Shown here in pieces: positions 1-9,861 of a DNA stretch of 64,000 nucleotides. The notes under the pieces are model-generated. The model was not told where the DNA came from. It ran no database searches and saw only the letters and a program-made list of their open reading frames with translations. The stretch lies in assembly GCA_964549595.1 (NCBI GenBank), contig CAZJWK010000004.1, positions 7,153-71,152 of the forward strand. The letters run 5' to 3'. Both the position numbers and the translations under genes were made by a program. The stretch is from an uncultured Sphingobacteriales bacterium (GTDB lineage: Bacteria > Bacteroidota > Bacteroidia > CAILMK01 > CAYYUA01). Position 1 is the stretch's first letter. The number at the start of each line of letters is the position of its first letter.

Positions 1-5
1 TTTCA

Positions 6-602
6 GTGGGCTTAGGAGTTGTGGCGGTTGTCATTTTAGGTTATTTAGCCTGGAATAACTGGTACTTGACCAGCCAAAACCAAAAAGCACAACAAGAAAT
101 TTTTCATGCCCAAAGGCATTTTGAAAATGATTCCCTGGATCTTGCGCTGAACGGAGATGGGGAAAATCCGGGTTTCAAAGAAATTATAGAGGATTATGGC
201 TGGACGAAAACCGCCAATTTAGCCCATTACTACACCGGTATTATTTACCTCAAGCAAGAAAAGTTTGACCAAGCCATTGAACATCTGAAAACTTTTGAAT
301 CAGAGAGCAAGGTGTTTAAACCGCTTTCGCTGGGAAATCTTGGAAATGCTTACTCCGAAAAACAAAAATACGATAAAGCCGCTGATTATTACCTGAAGGC
401 TGCCAACGCCAAAGATAATAAGTTTATTTCCCCCATATATTTGATGAAAGCGGGTTTAGTGTTAGAGGAGGTAGGGAATTACCAAAAAGCTTTGGAAACC
501 TATAAAAAACTCAAGGAAAATTATCCGGATAGTAAACAGGCTTCCGATATCGAAAAATTCATTGCCCGCGCTAAGGCAAAGATCAACGCAAGTAAATCCT
601 AA
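6..602 (+). CDS. Tetratricopeptide-repeat (TPR) protein with N-terminal hydrophobic segment; probably 5'-truncated by the window edge
   Basis: The reading frame is open to position 1. An N-terminal hydrophobic stretch (VVAVVILGYLAW) is followed by TPR-like helical repeats (AHYYTGIIYLKQEKFDQAIEHL, LGNAYSEKQKYDKAADYY, LMKAGLVLEEVGNYQKALETY). It lies directly upstream of ribH, as is common in Flavobacteriia. Confidence 0.5.
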   Translation: MGLGVVAVVILGYLAWNNWYLTSQNQKAQQEIFHAQRHFENDSLDLALNGDGENPGFKEIIEDYGWTKTANLAHYYTGIIYLKQEKFDQAIEHLKTFESESKVFKPLSLGNLGNAYSEKQKYDKAADYYLKAANAKDNKFISPIYLMKAGLVLEEVGNYQKALETYKKLKENYPDSKQASDIEKFIARAKAKINASKS

Positions 603-610
603 TTTGGTAA

Positions 611-1138
611 TTGATGGCAAGTTCAAGCTCCTCCCACCAAGATTTAAAAGTTACCTTAAGCGAACGGACTAAAAACAAAAAAATCGGGGTAGTAACGGCT
701 GATTGGAACGATAACGTAACCCATTCGCTTAAAGAAGGTTGTGTTCAAGCCTTAAAGGAAAACCAAATTTCCGGAAGTCAAATTATAGAAAGGCAAGTGC
801 CGGGTTCTTTTGAAATCCCTTTAGGTGCTCAATATTTGGCTGAGCTGGGTTTTGTTCAGGCTGTGGTTTGTATCGGTTGCGTTATTAAAGGGGAAACACC
901 CCATTTTCATTACATTGCTGATACTGTAACGCATAAAATCGGGGACTTAAATCTTCGTTACGGGATACCTTTTATTTACGGTATTTTAACGGTTGAAATC
1001 CCGGAGCAGGCACAGGAAAGAGCAGGAGGAGAAAAAGGAAACAAGGGTACCGAAGCAGGACTTGCTGCATTAGAAATGCTTGAGCTAAGAAATTCTTTTT
1101 ACCAGGGAAAACAAACTCCAGGCTTTAGACCCGGATAA
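611..1138 (+). CDS. ribH: 6,7-dimethyl-8-ribityllumazine synthase
   Basis: Motifs GVVTADWNDNVT...SFEIPLGAQYLAE...IGCVIKGETPHFHYIADTVTHKIGDLNLRYGIPFIYGILTVE are typical of lumazine synthase. The length is about 160-175 aa. The true start may be an internal Met. Confidence 0.85.
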   Translation: MMASSSSSHQDLKVTLSERTKNKKIGVVTADWNDNVTHSLKEGCVQALKENQISGSQIIERQVPGSFEIPLGAQYLAELGFVQAVVCIGCVIKGETPHFHYIADTVTHKIGDLNLRYGIPFIYGILTVEIPEQAQERAGGEKGNKGTEAGLAALEMLELRNSFYQGKQTPGFRPG

Positions 1139-1166
1139 GCAGGCTTTAGCAAAATTTCCAATTTCC

Positions 1167-4100
1167 TTAGAAATCCATTCCTAAGGAAAGATAAGTTATT
1201 CCTTCTTTCCTGAATTGGTAATTTTCAAACCCCCAAGCATGATCGACCCTTACAAAATACCCAAGGAGTTTGGTCCTAAAGCCAATACCAGCCCCGCCAA
1301 CTACCGGGTTACTCAAATTGACCACCGAAATCTTCAAGGGAGGGTTCTCATAAGTTTTTCGGTTTAAAGCATTGTCCTCACCGAAAGGATTGGTTCCTGT
1401 CCACGCACTACCTATGTCTCCGAAACCCACTAATTGAAAATTCTTAAAAAAGTTGGACATGATGGGTTTCTTTTGGAGCATTTTAAAAACCGGAATTCGA
1501 AGTTCCGTGTTAAAAAGGCTGTAAGAATTTCCATTCCGGATATTCTGCCCAAAACCTCTTAAATTACTTGCGAGCGCTTTGTACACATAATTCTGATCCT
1601 TGCTTACCTGAATGTCATCATTGAATTTGGGGAAAAGCCAATTGTCCACGCCGCCCATAAAATAAACCACTTTTGCCTGACCAATGGAGGAGGCAAAGGC
1701 TAAACGGTTCGCCCAGACCATATCCCTGAAAATAGGCACGTAACCACGAACATCACCGCCAACAACAGAAAAGAGTTTGTTATCCACCTCCCCTTCAAAC
1801 TTAAATGAACGAAAACCTTCTGCATAAAACTTCATCCTTGCGCCAGATCGGATGTTTTTTCCGAGTTTGCGGGTGTTATCAAAAACGTACTCAAAATTAA
1901 TCCCCATCCAATTTTGAATATCATTGGGTTCGGTTAATGTGCTTCTTTCTGAGGAAAGCAGAATATCATTGTCTCTCCGCCCAAAAACTTCGGCCCTGAT
2001 GGAGGATTTTTCACTAAAAGGCCACTTAATTTGATACTTTAGCTCGTGACTGGTTTCTTGCTTTTTCTTCGTACCGTTATCAAATTGCTTTTTCTCGCCA
2101 TGCCTGTAAAATGTTAGCTTTTGGTCAAGGCGATTTTTAAGGTTATGATACCGGATGAAGTAATCGGCCCCTTTTAAATTGCCCAAAATCCGAAATCCCC
2201 CGTTTATGCGGTAGTCCTGAAATAAATCACTAACCCCCATGGTAAACATCATGTTCAATACGGGATTATACACAAAAGGATCAGGATCACTCTGATTGTA
2301 AGGTAAATATTTGGAGTTAATAATGCTGTTATCAAGTTGGGTTTGAAGGAAAGTAGGTGTGAAAGACAAATAATAGGGCCTTGCATCTCCTAATAAAGCC
2401 TTTTCTTTCTCTCTCGCTTTTCTGGCAGCTAATTTTTGCTTGTCCACGGAATTTTTTCCCTCTTTTTGATCTATATTGCTCTTATCCTTCTTAGAAGACT
2501 TTTCAGATTCTTTTTTGAACTTACTTTGAAAATAATAGTCATCAATATCAACCCCTCCGGTATCAGATTTCGGCTTTGACTCCTTTTTAGTATCAGTGGG
2601 TTTGTCTGCAGGAGTTTTCTTTTGTTTAAATAGATTTTCGACAAGCGGACTTTCTTGCCTTCGCTTTATATCTTCGTTTAACGTTGATGCAAAATCCGTT
2701 TCCGACCTTTCAGTGACTTCACCCGGAATGCTGTCAGGAATAGGATATTGAGCCCTTTTAAATTTTCCTTTAATCTTATAAAATTCATTAACCTTTCCCG
2801 TTTTACGGTTGACATCGTAAAAAAGTATGTTGTTCGGTCTGTTGGTTAAAGTATAGGTATAAGCGGTATCCTTGTAGAAAAAAGTGGTATCTGTTGACTG
2901 TATTCCAGTATCCTTGAACGCCAAATCCGGTATGAAAATATCAGCAGTATCCTTTTCCTTAAAAATAAAAGTATCAGCGGGATATCGGGCTGTATCTTCA
3001 TACTTGGCTATCACCCGGGAATAATTGAAAATACTATCCAAACGGGATGCATCCCTGTTTACAATGCCATTCTCCGCGGTAAGGTAGCTAAAGTAAGTAG
3101 AATCATACACATCAGGATGAAATTCATCACTTGAGCCAGAAAAGGTTAGTCGTTTAAGTTCTTTATTCCTATCCTTATAGCGCGAATAAAAAATATCGAA
3201 ATTATCATTGAAGCCGGACATATTCCACCTATTGTTTTGCTTTAGGGTATCATCAGCCCGATTAGAGCTAAAAATCACAGCATTTCCTTTTTCGGTAAAT
3301 GCCGGGTGAAAGTCATCGTAAATATCCTGTGTGACAGGTATCATAGAATTGGTTTGCCAATTAAGGACGTAAATATCCGAATTACCTTGCTTAATGCCGG
3401 ACAATGCGATGAATCTTCCGTCCCTTGAATAGCTTATATCCAAAACTTTTTCCACCCTGAAGTTCTTCCTTTCTTTAACAATTTCTTCTTCCTCAGGGTC
3501 GTATTGCATAAAAACAGCGGTTGACGCTTTATCATCCACAATGGTTAATTGGTTTTCAACGGGTCGCCAGGCAATGATGGGGTAGTTATCATCCGTTTCA
3601 AGCACATTCGTTTTATAACCGGTTTGGTAAACCTTATCGTGATCTTCCGTCTCAAAGTCATAAATCCATACCCGTTTTTTACCCATCTCATTGGTAACGT
3701 AGGCTAATTTCCTGCCTTTAGGACCCATTTTGAGCTGGGTAACCTGACCGTCTTCTAAACTTTCTGGTTTTTCCTTGAACGAAAGGCGATCCCCGGGAAA
3801 AGACTCTTTTTCTTGCTTGAATTGCCGCCGTGCATATTCATACCACTCAGAAAAAACCTCGTTGTAATCCTTACCAAGGACAAAGACAAAACCACTTTCC
3901 AAGCTTTTATTGACCCGGTTTAAGTAAATAATATTGGTAATGGATGTTTCCCCGTAAACGTCAGCAATGTATTTCCAGATCGCTTGGCTAATCAAGGTTT
4001 GGTTTCGCTTAGACAAGTGCTGGAAGTTTTCAAAACGCCCGGAAAGCACACCGGACTTCAGCTTAGTCCTTTCCTCAATGGACATGGGTTGGCCCAAATA

Positions 4101-4643
4101 TTCCGTCAAACCTTTCAAATACCAATCTGGTAGATTTAACAAGGTAGCGTTTTGCACCCTCTCCTGGATACTGCCTCCGTAAAGCATTTCATTCAGTAAT
4201 ACTTGAGCAATGGATTCCCGGATCTGGTTAATCAAGTCAAAATGGTTACCATTGAAATATAAAAAGGCATGATTATCAATGATTGGGGTTCTTCCACTCG
4301 GATCATCCTTTTTCTTACTATACCCAATATTCGTTTGTCTTAAATCCGCATAGGAGTTGTACACTATGAAAACCAAACGATTCTTGGCCCTGTAATCAAG
4401 GATTTCCTCAATTTTGTCCAACTGTTTATTGGCATGCTTACCTACAAAACGAGCCAGATCTTTACCTCCCGTATAATGATAAATATCGAATTCATTGGCT
4501 CGATAAAAACGCCAATTAAATTCCTTAACCTGAACCCTGTTTTTACCAAAGGAAATATCTGTCCCTTGTCCAAATGAAACTTTTACCAGGGCCAGGGAAA
4601 TCAAAAGCAAAACGAAACCAGTATGTAAAACAACCCTTTGCAA
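1167..4643 (-). CDS. Large secreted/outer-membrane protein: TolB-like PD40 beta-propeller repeats plus a C-terminal Omp85-like beta-barrel
   Basis: A signal peptide is present. PD40-like repeats include RDGRFIALSGIKQGNSDIYVLNWQTNSMIPVT and GNAVIFSSNRADD. The centre is a K/E/D-rich low-complexity linker (KKESKPKSD...KEKALLG). The C-terminus is beta-strand-rich and ends in an aromatic residue (...YLSLGMDF), as in Omp85/BamA-family barrels. The domain assignment is by eye only. Confidence 0.45.
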   Translation of the reverse strand: MQRVVLHTGFVLLLISLALVKVSFGQGTDISFGKNRVQVKEFNWRFYRANEFDIYHYTGGKDLARFVGKHANKQLDKIEEILDYRAKNRLVFIVYNSYADLRQTNIGYSKKKDDPSGRTPIIDNHAFLYFNGNHFDLINQIRESIAQVLLNEMLYGGSIQERVQNATLLNLPDWYLKGLTEYLGQPMSIEERTKLKSGVLSGRFENFQHLSKRNQTLISQAIWKYIADVYGETSITNIIYLNRVNKSLESGFVFVLGKDYNEVFSEWYEYARRQFKQEKESFPGDRLSFKEKPESLEDGQVTQLKMGPKGRKLAYVTNEMGKKRVWIYDFETEDHDKVYQTGYKTNVLETDDNYPIIAWRPVENQLTIVDDKASTAVFMQYDPEEEEIVKERKNFRVEKVLDISYSRDGRFIALSGIKQGNSDIYVLNWQTNSMIPVTQDIYDDFHPAFTEKGNAVIFSSNRADDTLKQNNRWNMSGFNDNFDIFYSRYKDRNKELKRLTFSGSSDEFHPDVYDSTYFSYLTAENGIVNRDASRLDSIFNYSRVIAKYEDTARYPADTFIFKEKDTADIFIPDLAFKDTGIQSTDTTFFYKDTAYTYTLTNRPNNILFYDVNRKTGKVNEFYKIKGKFKRAQYPIPDSIPGEVTERSETDFASTLNEDIKRRQESPLVENLFKQKKTPADKPTDTKKESKPKSDTGGVDIDDYYFQSKFKKESEKSSKKDKSNIDQKEGKNSVDKQKLAARKAREKEKALLGDARPYYLSFTPTFLQTQLDNSIINSKYLPYNQSDPDPFVYNPVLNMMFTMGVSDLFQDYRINGGFRILGNLKGADYFIRYHNLKNRLDQKLTFYRHGEKKQFDNGTKKKQETSHELKYQIKWPFSEKSSIRAEVFGRRDNDILLSSERSTLTEPNDIQNWMGINFEYVFDNTRKLGKNIRSGARMKFYAEGFRSFKFEGEVDNKLFSVVGGDVRGYVPIFRDMVWANRLAFASSIGQAKVVYFMGGVDNWLFPKFNDDIQVSKDQNYVYKALASNLRGFGQNIRNGNSYSLFNTELRIPVFKMLQKKPIMSNFFKNFQLVGFGDIGSAWTGTNPFGEDNALNRKTYENPPLKISVVNLSNPVVGGAGIGFRTKLLGYFVRVDHAWGFENYQFRKEGITYLSLGMDF

Positions 4644-4704
4644 AATGCCACTTATTATTGCCTCAAAAACGGTTAAAAAACGTTTTAATTATGAGAATTT
4701 TCGA

Positions 4705-6816
4705 TTAATAGCTGCCATAGAATTTTCGGAAAAACCATTCTACGCCTAAAAAAATCACTATCACAAAAAACAAAAATTTATTATGAATTAATTCCCTGAG
4801 TTCGTATTTCATGTGAGAAACGGGTTTCATTGTGTTTTGCTTTGAAAGCGTTTGTCTTAATTCCTGAGTTTGTTTAGGAGAAAATATTTGTCCGCTACTT
4901 TCTTTAGCCAGGCTATAAAGCAACCGGTGATTAGCCACTGTATTTAAATGCTCCTGCTGAACAGGCTTGATAATGAAACGGCCTGACAAAACAAAAGTCT
5001 CTTCACCCAGACTAGTCGTTGCTTTGTATTGGTACTTGCCGGCAGGTAAATAACCGGCATCTACACGGTAACCATTATCAATCTCACGGAATTCATATTG
5101 ATATTCCTTCCCGTTTTGGTCAGTAACAAGAAATTTGATATCCGCACCTTTCACAGGCTCGTAGCTGTTATTGTATAGCTCTGCTTCAAAGGTTACCTTC
5201 TGATCTTCATTAAATATCTTAGCAGGATCCCTTAAGCGGAATTGTTTTTTATCAGCTTTAACGGTCAAGAGCTGGATGGATTTTGAAATCATTTGATTAA
5301 AAACCTTATGATTCCGATTCAAGCGGTATTCATTTAAATACCACCGCCAGAAACCAGTACCAGCAAAAACAGCAATTTTATGATCTGACCTCCTGAGGAA
5401 ACTCATTAAGGGTTTATCACTGACTACTTGTCCAATTTTTTGTTTTAAAAGCACATCATGCTGGGTATTGAAAGTGTATTCACCGTGTGGGGCAAAAATG
5501 GGTGGTAACTGAGGAAACAATTCGTTGGCATTCTCAGGGAGGTCAAATTGATTAAAGTCCTTCACCAAGGAAGGAATCACCTTATCCACCTTTTTATCTG
5601 CACCTTTTATAGCCAACCCTATTTTTAACTGGTTAAAAGCTTCCAAACCGGTTTCACCCCCTACCATAAAAAAAGCAGGCTTCCGGTTTTCCAGTAATTT
5701 CTTGATCAATCTCCGACCCCCTTTATTGGCCGGCGAAGGCAGGTTGTGAACGAATACCATTTGGTACTTTTCAAGGTTCTCATTCTTTTTTTGCCATTGA
5801 TCTATGGTTAAAGTGGTGGCTTCATACCGTTCGTTAGACTCTACTGAATTTTTCAACACCTTAAGGTCCGGGTGTGGATTTTGGCCGACAATTAAAATAT
5901 TTTTCCTGCTTTCAAGTACATTGATGAAGAAATTCCTTTGGTTATTCACTTTGCTGATTTCCGGTTTAAGGGGCTCAACCTTAACCTGAAATCTACGCAT
6001 ACCAGGTTCATCAGCTTTCAAAAAAGCTTTAATGGTCGTATCGAAGCGTTTTTCTCCTAAATTTAAATCAGTAGAATAGACGACTTCATTTTCCTTTAAA
6101 ATTTTCACTGCCGTTTTCTTCCCGCTCAAACCTTCAGCTTCGATTCCAATTTCTACAGGAAATTCATTTCCGGCAAAAACAATCTCATTATGTCTTAATC
6201 GCTTGACTAAAATATCCTTTGGCGGAATGGTATCACCCAGAGCCAATGTATATATCGGGGCCTGGATTTTTTTGGCTGATACCAAAGGATTTTTTCCCTG
6301 GTTGTAGATGCCGTCAGTGGCTAAGATAACAGCTCCTAAATTTCTATTGTAAAAACGGTTATAAACCCTTTCCAGGGGTTTGCTGATATTTGTTTTTTTA
6401 GCAGAAAAATCAAGGCCTAAACCATTTTTAACCTGATCACCAAAACTAAAAGTTTTTACTTCATAATCCTGTTTTAAATGATTTGACAAATTGTTCATTA
6501 AGGATTCAAGCGAATCCTGATAAAATGTGGAGTCCTGGTTTAAGGTAATGGACTTTGAGTTATCGGTCACTATTGCCACAGAAGGTTTTTCTACTTCTTT
6601 GTAATAATTTTTCAGAAAGGGAGATAAAAGAAGGAAGGCTATAAGGCTAACCGCTACGAACCTAAATATTGCCATTAAATAAGTGGGAAATTCCCAAAAT
6701 ACCCCTTTTTCTCCGAAATGAGAGCGGTAATAAGCGATAAACGCATAAAACCCTCCGGCAAGCAAACAAAAAATCAGAAAATAAGTAGGATATTCCAGCA
6801 TTAGCGTAAAATCCAA
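4705..6816 (-). CDS. BatA-like membrane-anchored von Willebrand factor A (VWA) domain protein
   Basis: The N-terminus (MDFTLMLEYPTYFLIFCLLAGG...) has two predicted TM helices, as in BatA/BatB proteins. It is followed by a MIDAS-like DxSxS (VTDNSKS) and an ILATDGIYNQG motif typical of VWA domains. The C-terminal extension is long, about 400 aa. Confidence 0.5.
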   Translation of the reverse strand: MDFTLMLEYPTYFLIFCLLAGGFYAFIAYYRSHFGEKGVFWEFPTYLMAIFRFVAVSLIAFLLLSPFLKNYYKEVEKPSVAIVTDNSKSITLNQDSTFYQDSLESLMNNLSNHLKQDYEVKTFSFGDQVKNGLGLDFSAKKTNISKPLERVYNRFYNRNLGAVILATDGIYNQGKNPLVSAKKIQAPIYTLALGDTIPPKDILVKRLRHNEIVFAGNEFPVEIGIEAEGLSGKKTAVKILKENEVVYSTDLNLGEKRFDTTIKAFLKADEPGMRRFQVKVEPLKPEISKVNNQRNFFINVLESRKNILIVGQNPHPDLKVLKNSVESNERYEATTLTIDQWQKKNENLEKYQMVFVHNLPSPANKGGRRLIKKLLENRKPAFFMVGGETGLEAFNQLKIGLAIKGADKKVDKVIPSLVKDFNQFDLPENANELFPQLPPIFAPHGEYTFNTQHDVLLKQKIGQVVSDKPLMSFLRRSDHKIAVFAGTGFWRWYLNEYRLNRNHKVFNQMISKSIQLLTVKADKKQFRLRDPAKIFNEDQKVTFEAELYNNSYEPVKGADIKFLVTDQNGKEYQYEFREIDNGYRVDAGYLPAGKYQYKATTSLGEETFVLSGRFIIKPVQQEHLNTVANHRLLYSLAKESSGQIFSPKQTQELRQTLSKQNTMKPVSHMKYELRELIHNKFLFFVIVIFLGVEWFFRKFYGSY

Positions 6817-7036
6817 AGATAAACTATTTAATGGGTTTAATAACTTCGATAAAATCGCTCAAAATTAGCTACAAAAACCAATTTGCCAATTTTAATTTTT
6901 ATTATCTGAATTTTTCTTGCAAATTGGCTGCCTAACTTGAATAGCCCATTTTTAAAAGGCTAATTTTAAGATAAAAAAAACAAATAACCTGAAAAACGGC
7001 TACTAAAGGGAATTTTCAAAAACAGGGTAAGTAAAA

Positions 7037-7579
7037 ATGGTGTTCTTCCTCATAGACTTCATGGTCTTGCTTTTAATGGTTTATTTTTTCATTAAAGGCT
7101 TAAAAAAAGGGCTAATTGTTGAATTAACCACCATTATAGCTTTTATCTGTGGAATCGTTGCAGCAATGAAATTATCCACACCGGCCTTGAAATATTTTCA
7201 AGATTGGTTCGGCCGATCCAATTTTTTGCCTTATTTGGCCTATTTAATAGTTTTTTTGGCGGTTTTTTTTCTGATCCAGTTATTGGGGAAAAGCGTTGAA
7301 AAATTACTTAAAATTACGCAATTAAATTTCCTAAACCGATTATGCGGAGCTATTCTGGGTCTTTTTAAAATTTGTTTTTTAATTGGCTTAATTTTTTGGC
7401 TAACGGATCAAGCTGGATTTTTGGGTACTTCATTTAAAAAAGGCGTTATAAGCTTCAATTACATTATGCCGATAGCACCTTTCATAGTGAATAAAACCAC
7501 ACAATTATTCCCTTTGTTAGGAGACGTAGTGGCAGAATTAAAAGATTTTTTTGGTAACCTGGCCAATGGCCTAAAGTAA
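7037..7579 (+). CDS. cvpA: CvpA family membrane protein
   Basis: A 180-aa polytopic membrane protein whose N-terminus (MVFFLIDFMVLLLMVYFFIKGLKKGL) resembles the CvpA family. It sits just upstream of a glutamine amidotransferase gene. Confidence 0.55.
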   Translation: MVFFLIDFMVLLLMVYFFIKGLKKGLIVELTTIIAFICGIVAAMKLSTPALKYFQDWFGRSNFLPYLAYLIVFLAVFFLIQLLGKSVEKLLKITQLNFLNRLCGAILGLFKICFLIGLIFWLTDQAGFLGTSFKKGVISFNYIMPIAPFIVNKTTQLFPLLGDVVAELKDFFGNLANGLK

Positions 7580-7611
7580 ATGGGGTATTTATAGCCTTTG
7601 AACCATGATTT

Positions 7612-8205
7612 ATGGTATTAGTGATTGATAATTATGATTCCTTTTCCTACAATTTATTGAACTATTGCAAACAAATCCACGAGGATTGTTACTTAGTCCG
7701 CAATGACGAAATGACCTTAACCGAAATGGAAGCGTTTAATCCTGATGGTTTCATTCTTTCTCCGGGACCCGGAAGCCCTGAAGATTATCCCATACTAAAC
7801 GAAATCCTTAAAAAATGGCAGAATAGAAAGCCGATATTAGGGATTTGTTTAGGGTTTCAAGCCATTGCAGAATTCTACGGTGCAAAAACCCTGAAAGCCC
7901 CAGTTCCCGTACATGGCAAAACCTCCACAATTGAGCACAACGGTCATTTTGCGTTCAAAAACATCCCAAAATCCTTTGAAGCCACCCGCTACCATTCTTT
8001 AATCTCCTTTGGCATTAGCCGCTGTGAAAATTTAACCCTTATAGCATGGAATAAGGAGGAAATGTTACCAATGGGGATTGCCCACAAAGAGTCTTCCATA
8101 TGGGGGCTTCAGTTTCATCCTGAAGCCATTCTAACGGAATACGGAGCTACTTTTTTAAAAAATTGGTTTAAGCAAATAGAAAGCAAATTGGTCAAAGTCA
8201 AGTAA
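7612..8205 (+). CDS. Anthranilate / aminodeoxychorismate synthase component II (class I glutamine amidotransferase)
   Basis: Motifs MVLVIDNYDSFSYNL, ILSPGPGSP, catalytic LGICLGFQAI and a C-terminal HPE confirm a TrpG/PabA-type GATase. Confidence 0.8.
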   Translation: MVLVIDNYDSFSYNLLNYCKQIHEDCYLVRNDEMTLTEMEAFNPDGFILSPGPGSPEDYPILNEILKKWQNRKPILGICLGFQAIAEFYGAKTLKAPVPVHGKTSTIEHNGHFAFKNIPKSFEATRYHSLISFGISRCENLTLIAWNKEEMLPMGIAHKESSIWGLQFHPEAILTEYGATFLKNWFKQIESKLVKVK

Positions 8206-8352
8206 AAATTTTAACTTTCTTATTTATAAAAAGCACAATGGAAACAATTTTCGAGTAAGAATATTTGGTAATTGTACAATTTAAAGGTTTTTCAACTAAA
8301 GTTTTAAGCTTATTAATTTTGAAAGACTAAAAACATCTAAGTTGAGTTATCA

Positions 8353-9135
8353 ATGGAATTTGAAATTAAAAAGGAAAATGGTTTTGAATTTGTGGAAGAA
8401 GGGGAAGGGCCGGTTTTAATGCTACTTCACGGCCTATTCGGAGCCCTTAGTAATTGGCAGGAAGTGTTGAACTACTATTCGGTAAATTATAAAGTGGTTA
8501 TTCCCTTAATGCCTGTCTATAAAATGCCCTTAAAAAAGACTAGCGTGGGAGGATTGACTGACTTTTTACAAGATTTCATAAAGTATAAAAATTACCAAAA
8601 CGTAACGCTTCTCGGCAATTCATTAGGAGGTCATGTGGCACTGACCTACACCCTGGAACATCCTTCAAAGGTAAAAGCAATGGTGCTCACTGGTAGTTCA
8701 GGCCTTTATGAAAATGCCTTAGGGGGTAGTTTTCCGCAGCGAAACAATTACGAATTTATCAAGTCAAAAGTCGAATATACTTTTTACAGCCCTGAAACCG
8801 CTACAAAAGCATTAGTAGATGAGGTCTATGGTATTGTGAATAGCCGGCAGAAGGGAATGCGCATTGTCGCCTTGGCGAAATCCTCCATTCGGCACAATTT
8901 AAAAAAAGAAATACAAACAATAAAAATCCCGGTTTGCCTTATTTGGGGTTATAATGACAAAATCACACCACCCCATGTGGCTGAAGAATTTCACCACTTA
9001 CTATCGAATTCCGAGTTAAACTTTCTCGACAAGTGCGGGCACGCTCCAATGATGGAAAAACCGCAGGAATTCAATGAGGTATTAAAGCCCTTCCTGGAAA
9101 AAGTGATCTATCAACCAAACGCGGAAAAGGCATGA
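8353..9135 (+). CDS. Alpha/beta-fold hydrolase
   Basis: The HGLFGALSNW motif and the nucleophile elbow GNSLGG indicate the fold. The gene overlaps the next ORF by 4 nt (ATGA), suggesting an operon. Confidence 0.7.
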   Translation: MEFEIKKENGFEFVEEGEGPVLMLLHGLFGALSNWQEVLNYYSVNYKVVIPLMPVYKMPLKKTSVGGLTDFLQDFIKYKNYQNVTLLGNSLGGHVALTYTLEHPSKVKAMVLTGSSGLYENALGGSFPQRNNYEFIKSKVEYTFYSPETATKALVDEVYGIVNSRQKGMRIVALAKSSIRHNLKKEIQTIKIPVCLIWGYNDKITPPHVAEEFHHLLSNSELNFLDKCGHAPMMEKPQEFNEVLKPFLEKVIYQPNAEKA

Positions 9136-9794
9136 AAGCAAGCGATTTAATTACTGAGGAAGTACCTACATTAAAACCAGAAAGTACTGTCAAAGAGGCA
9201 ATAGCGATTTCAAAAGATTATTGCTTATGTGATATCCCGATTATTAAAGAAGAATATTTTATTGGCACCTTACCCGTTGATTTTATTGGCACAGATGATG
9301 AAGAAGAAAAAAGCTTAGGTGCTTTTAACGAAGATTTTAAGCATGCCAGTGTAGACACCAACCAGCACATCTTAAATATTTTTGAGGTGGCCGCTGAAAA
9401 CGAACTAACAGTTATTCCGGTCACTAAAGAGGGTAAACTTTATGAAGGGTCTATAACCATTACCCGTTTATTGAATCATTTCGCAAGGATTTATTCCTTT
9501 AAAGAAAAAGGAGGAATTTTTACCTTAGAAATTCCTTTTAAAAATTATGACTTATCGGAAATTGCACGCATTGTTGAATCCAATAATTCTAAAATACTTA
9601 GTTTATTTACGGAAACCTTGGATAACGACAATAAGGTATTCATAACCGTCAAAGTTAACACCATTGACTTGAGGCCATTACAAGCCACCTTTGAACGGTT
9701 CAATTATAAAATCGATGTGCATCATTTATATAACCAGAAAGATAGTGACCTAAAAGACCGCTATGATTTGCTAATCAAGTATCTCAATATTTAA
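9132..9794 (+). CDS. CBS-domain-like protein (hypothetical)
   Basis: The N-terminal half has a CBS-pair-like pattern (ITEEVPTLKPESTVKEAIAI...IPII). It is translationally coupled to the upstream hydrolase and precedes nadK. Confidence 0.4.
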   Translation: MKASDLITEEVPTLKPESTVKEAIAISKDYCLCDIPIIKEEYFIGTLPVDFIGTDDEEEKSLGAFNEDFKHASVDTNQHILNIFEVAAENELTVIPVTKEGKLYEGSITITRLLNHFARIYSFKEKGGIFTLEIPFKNYDLSEIARIVESNNSKILSLFTETLDNDNKVFITVKVNTIDLRPLQATFERFNYKIDVHHLYNQKDSDLKDRYDLLIKYLNI

Positions 9795-9861
9795 GCTCGT
9801 TTACTGAAACTGCATTTTATTAATCCTTCCATGCCCCGTTGATTTAATAACTTATTATACT

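Noticed and set aside
3967-4182. A 71-aa plus-strand ORF inside the large propeller/barrel gene, and a 61-aa ORF inside the VWA gene (5804-5989)
   Set aside because: Both are antisense to long conserved CDSs with no motifs.
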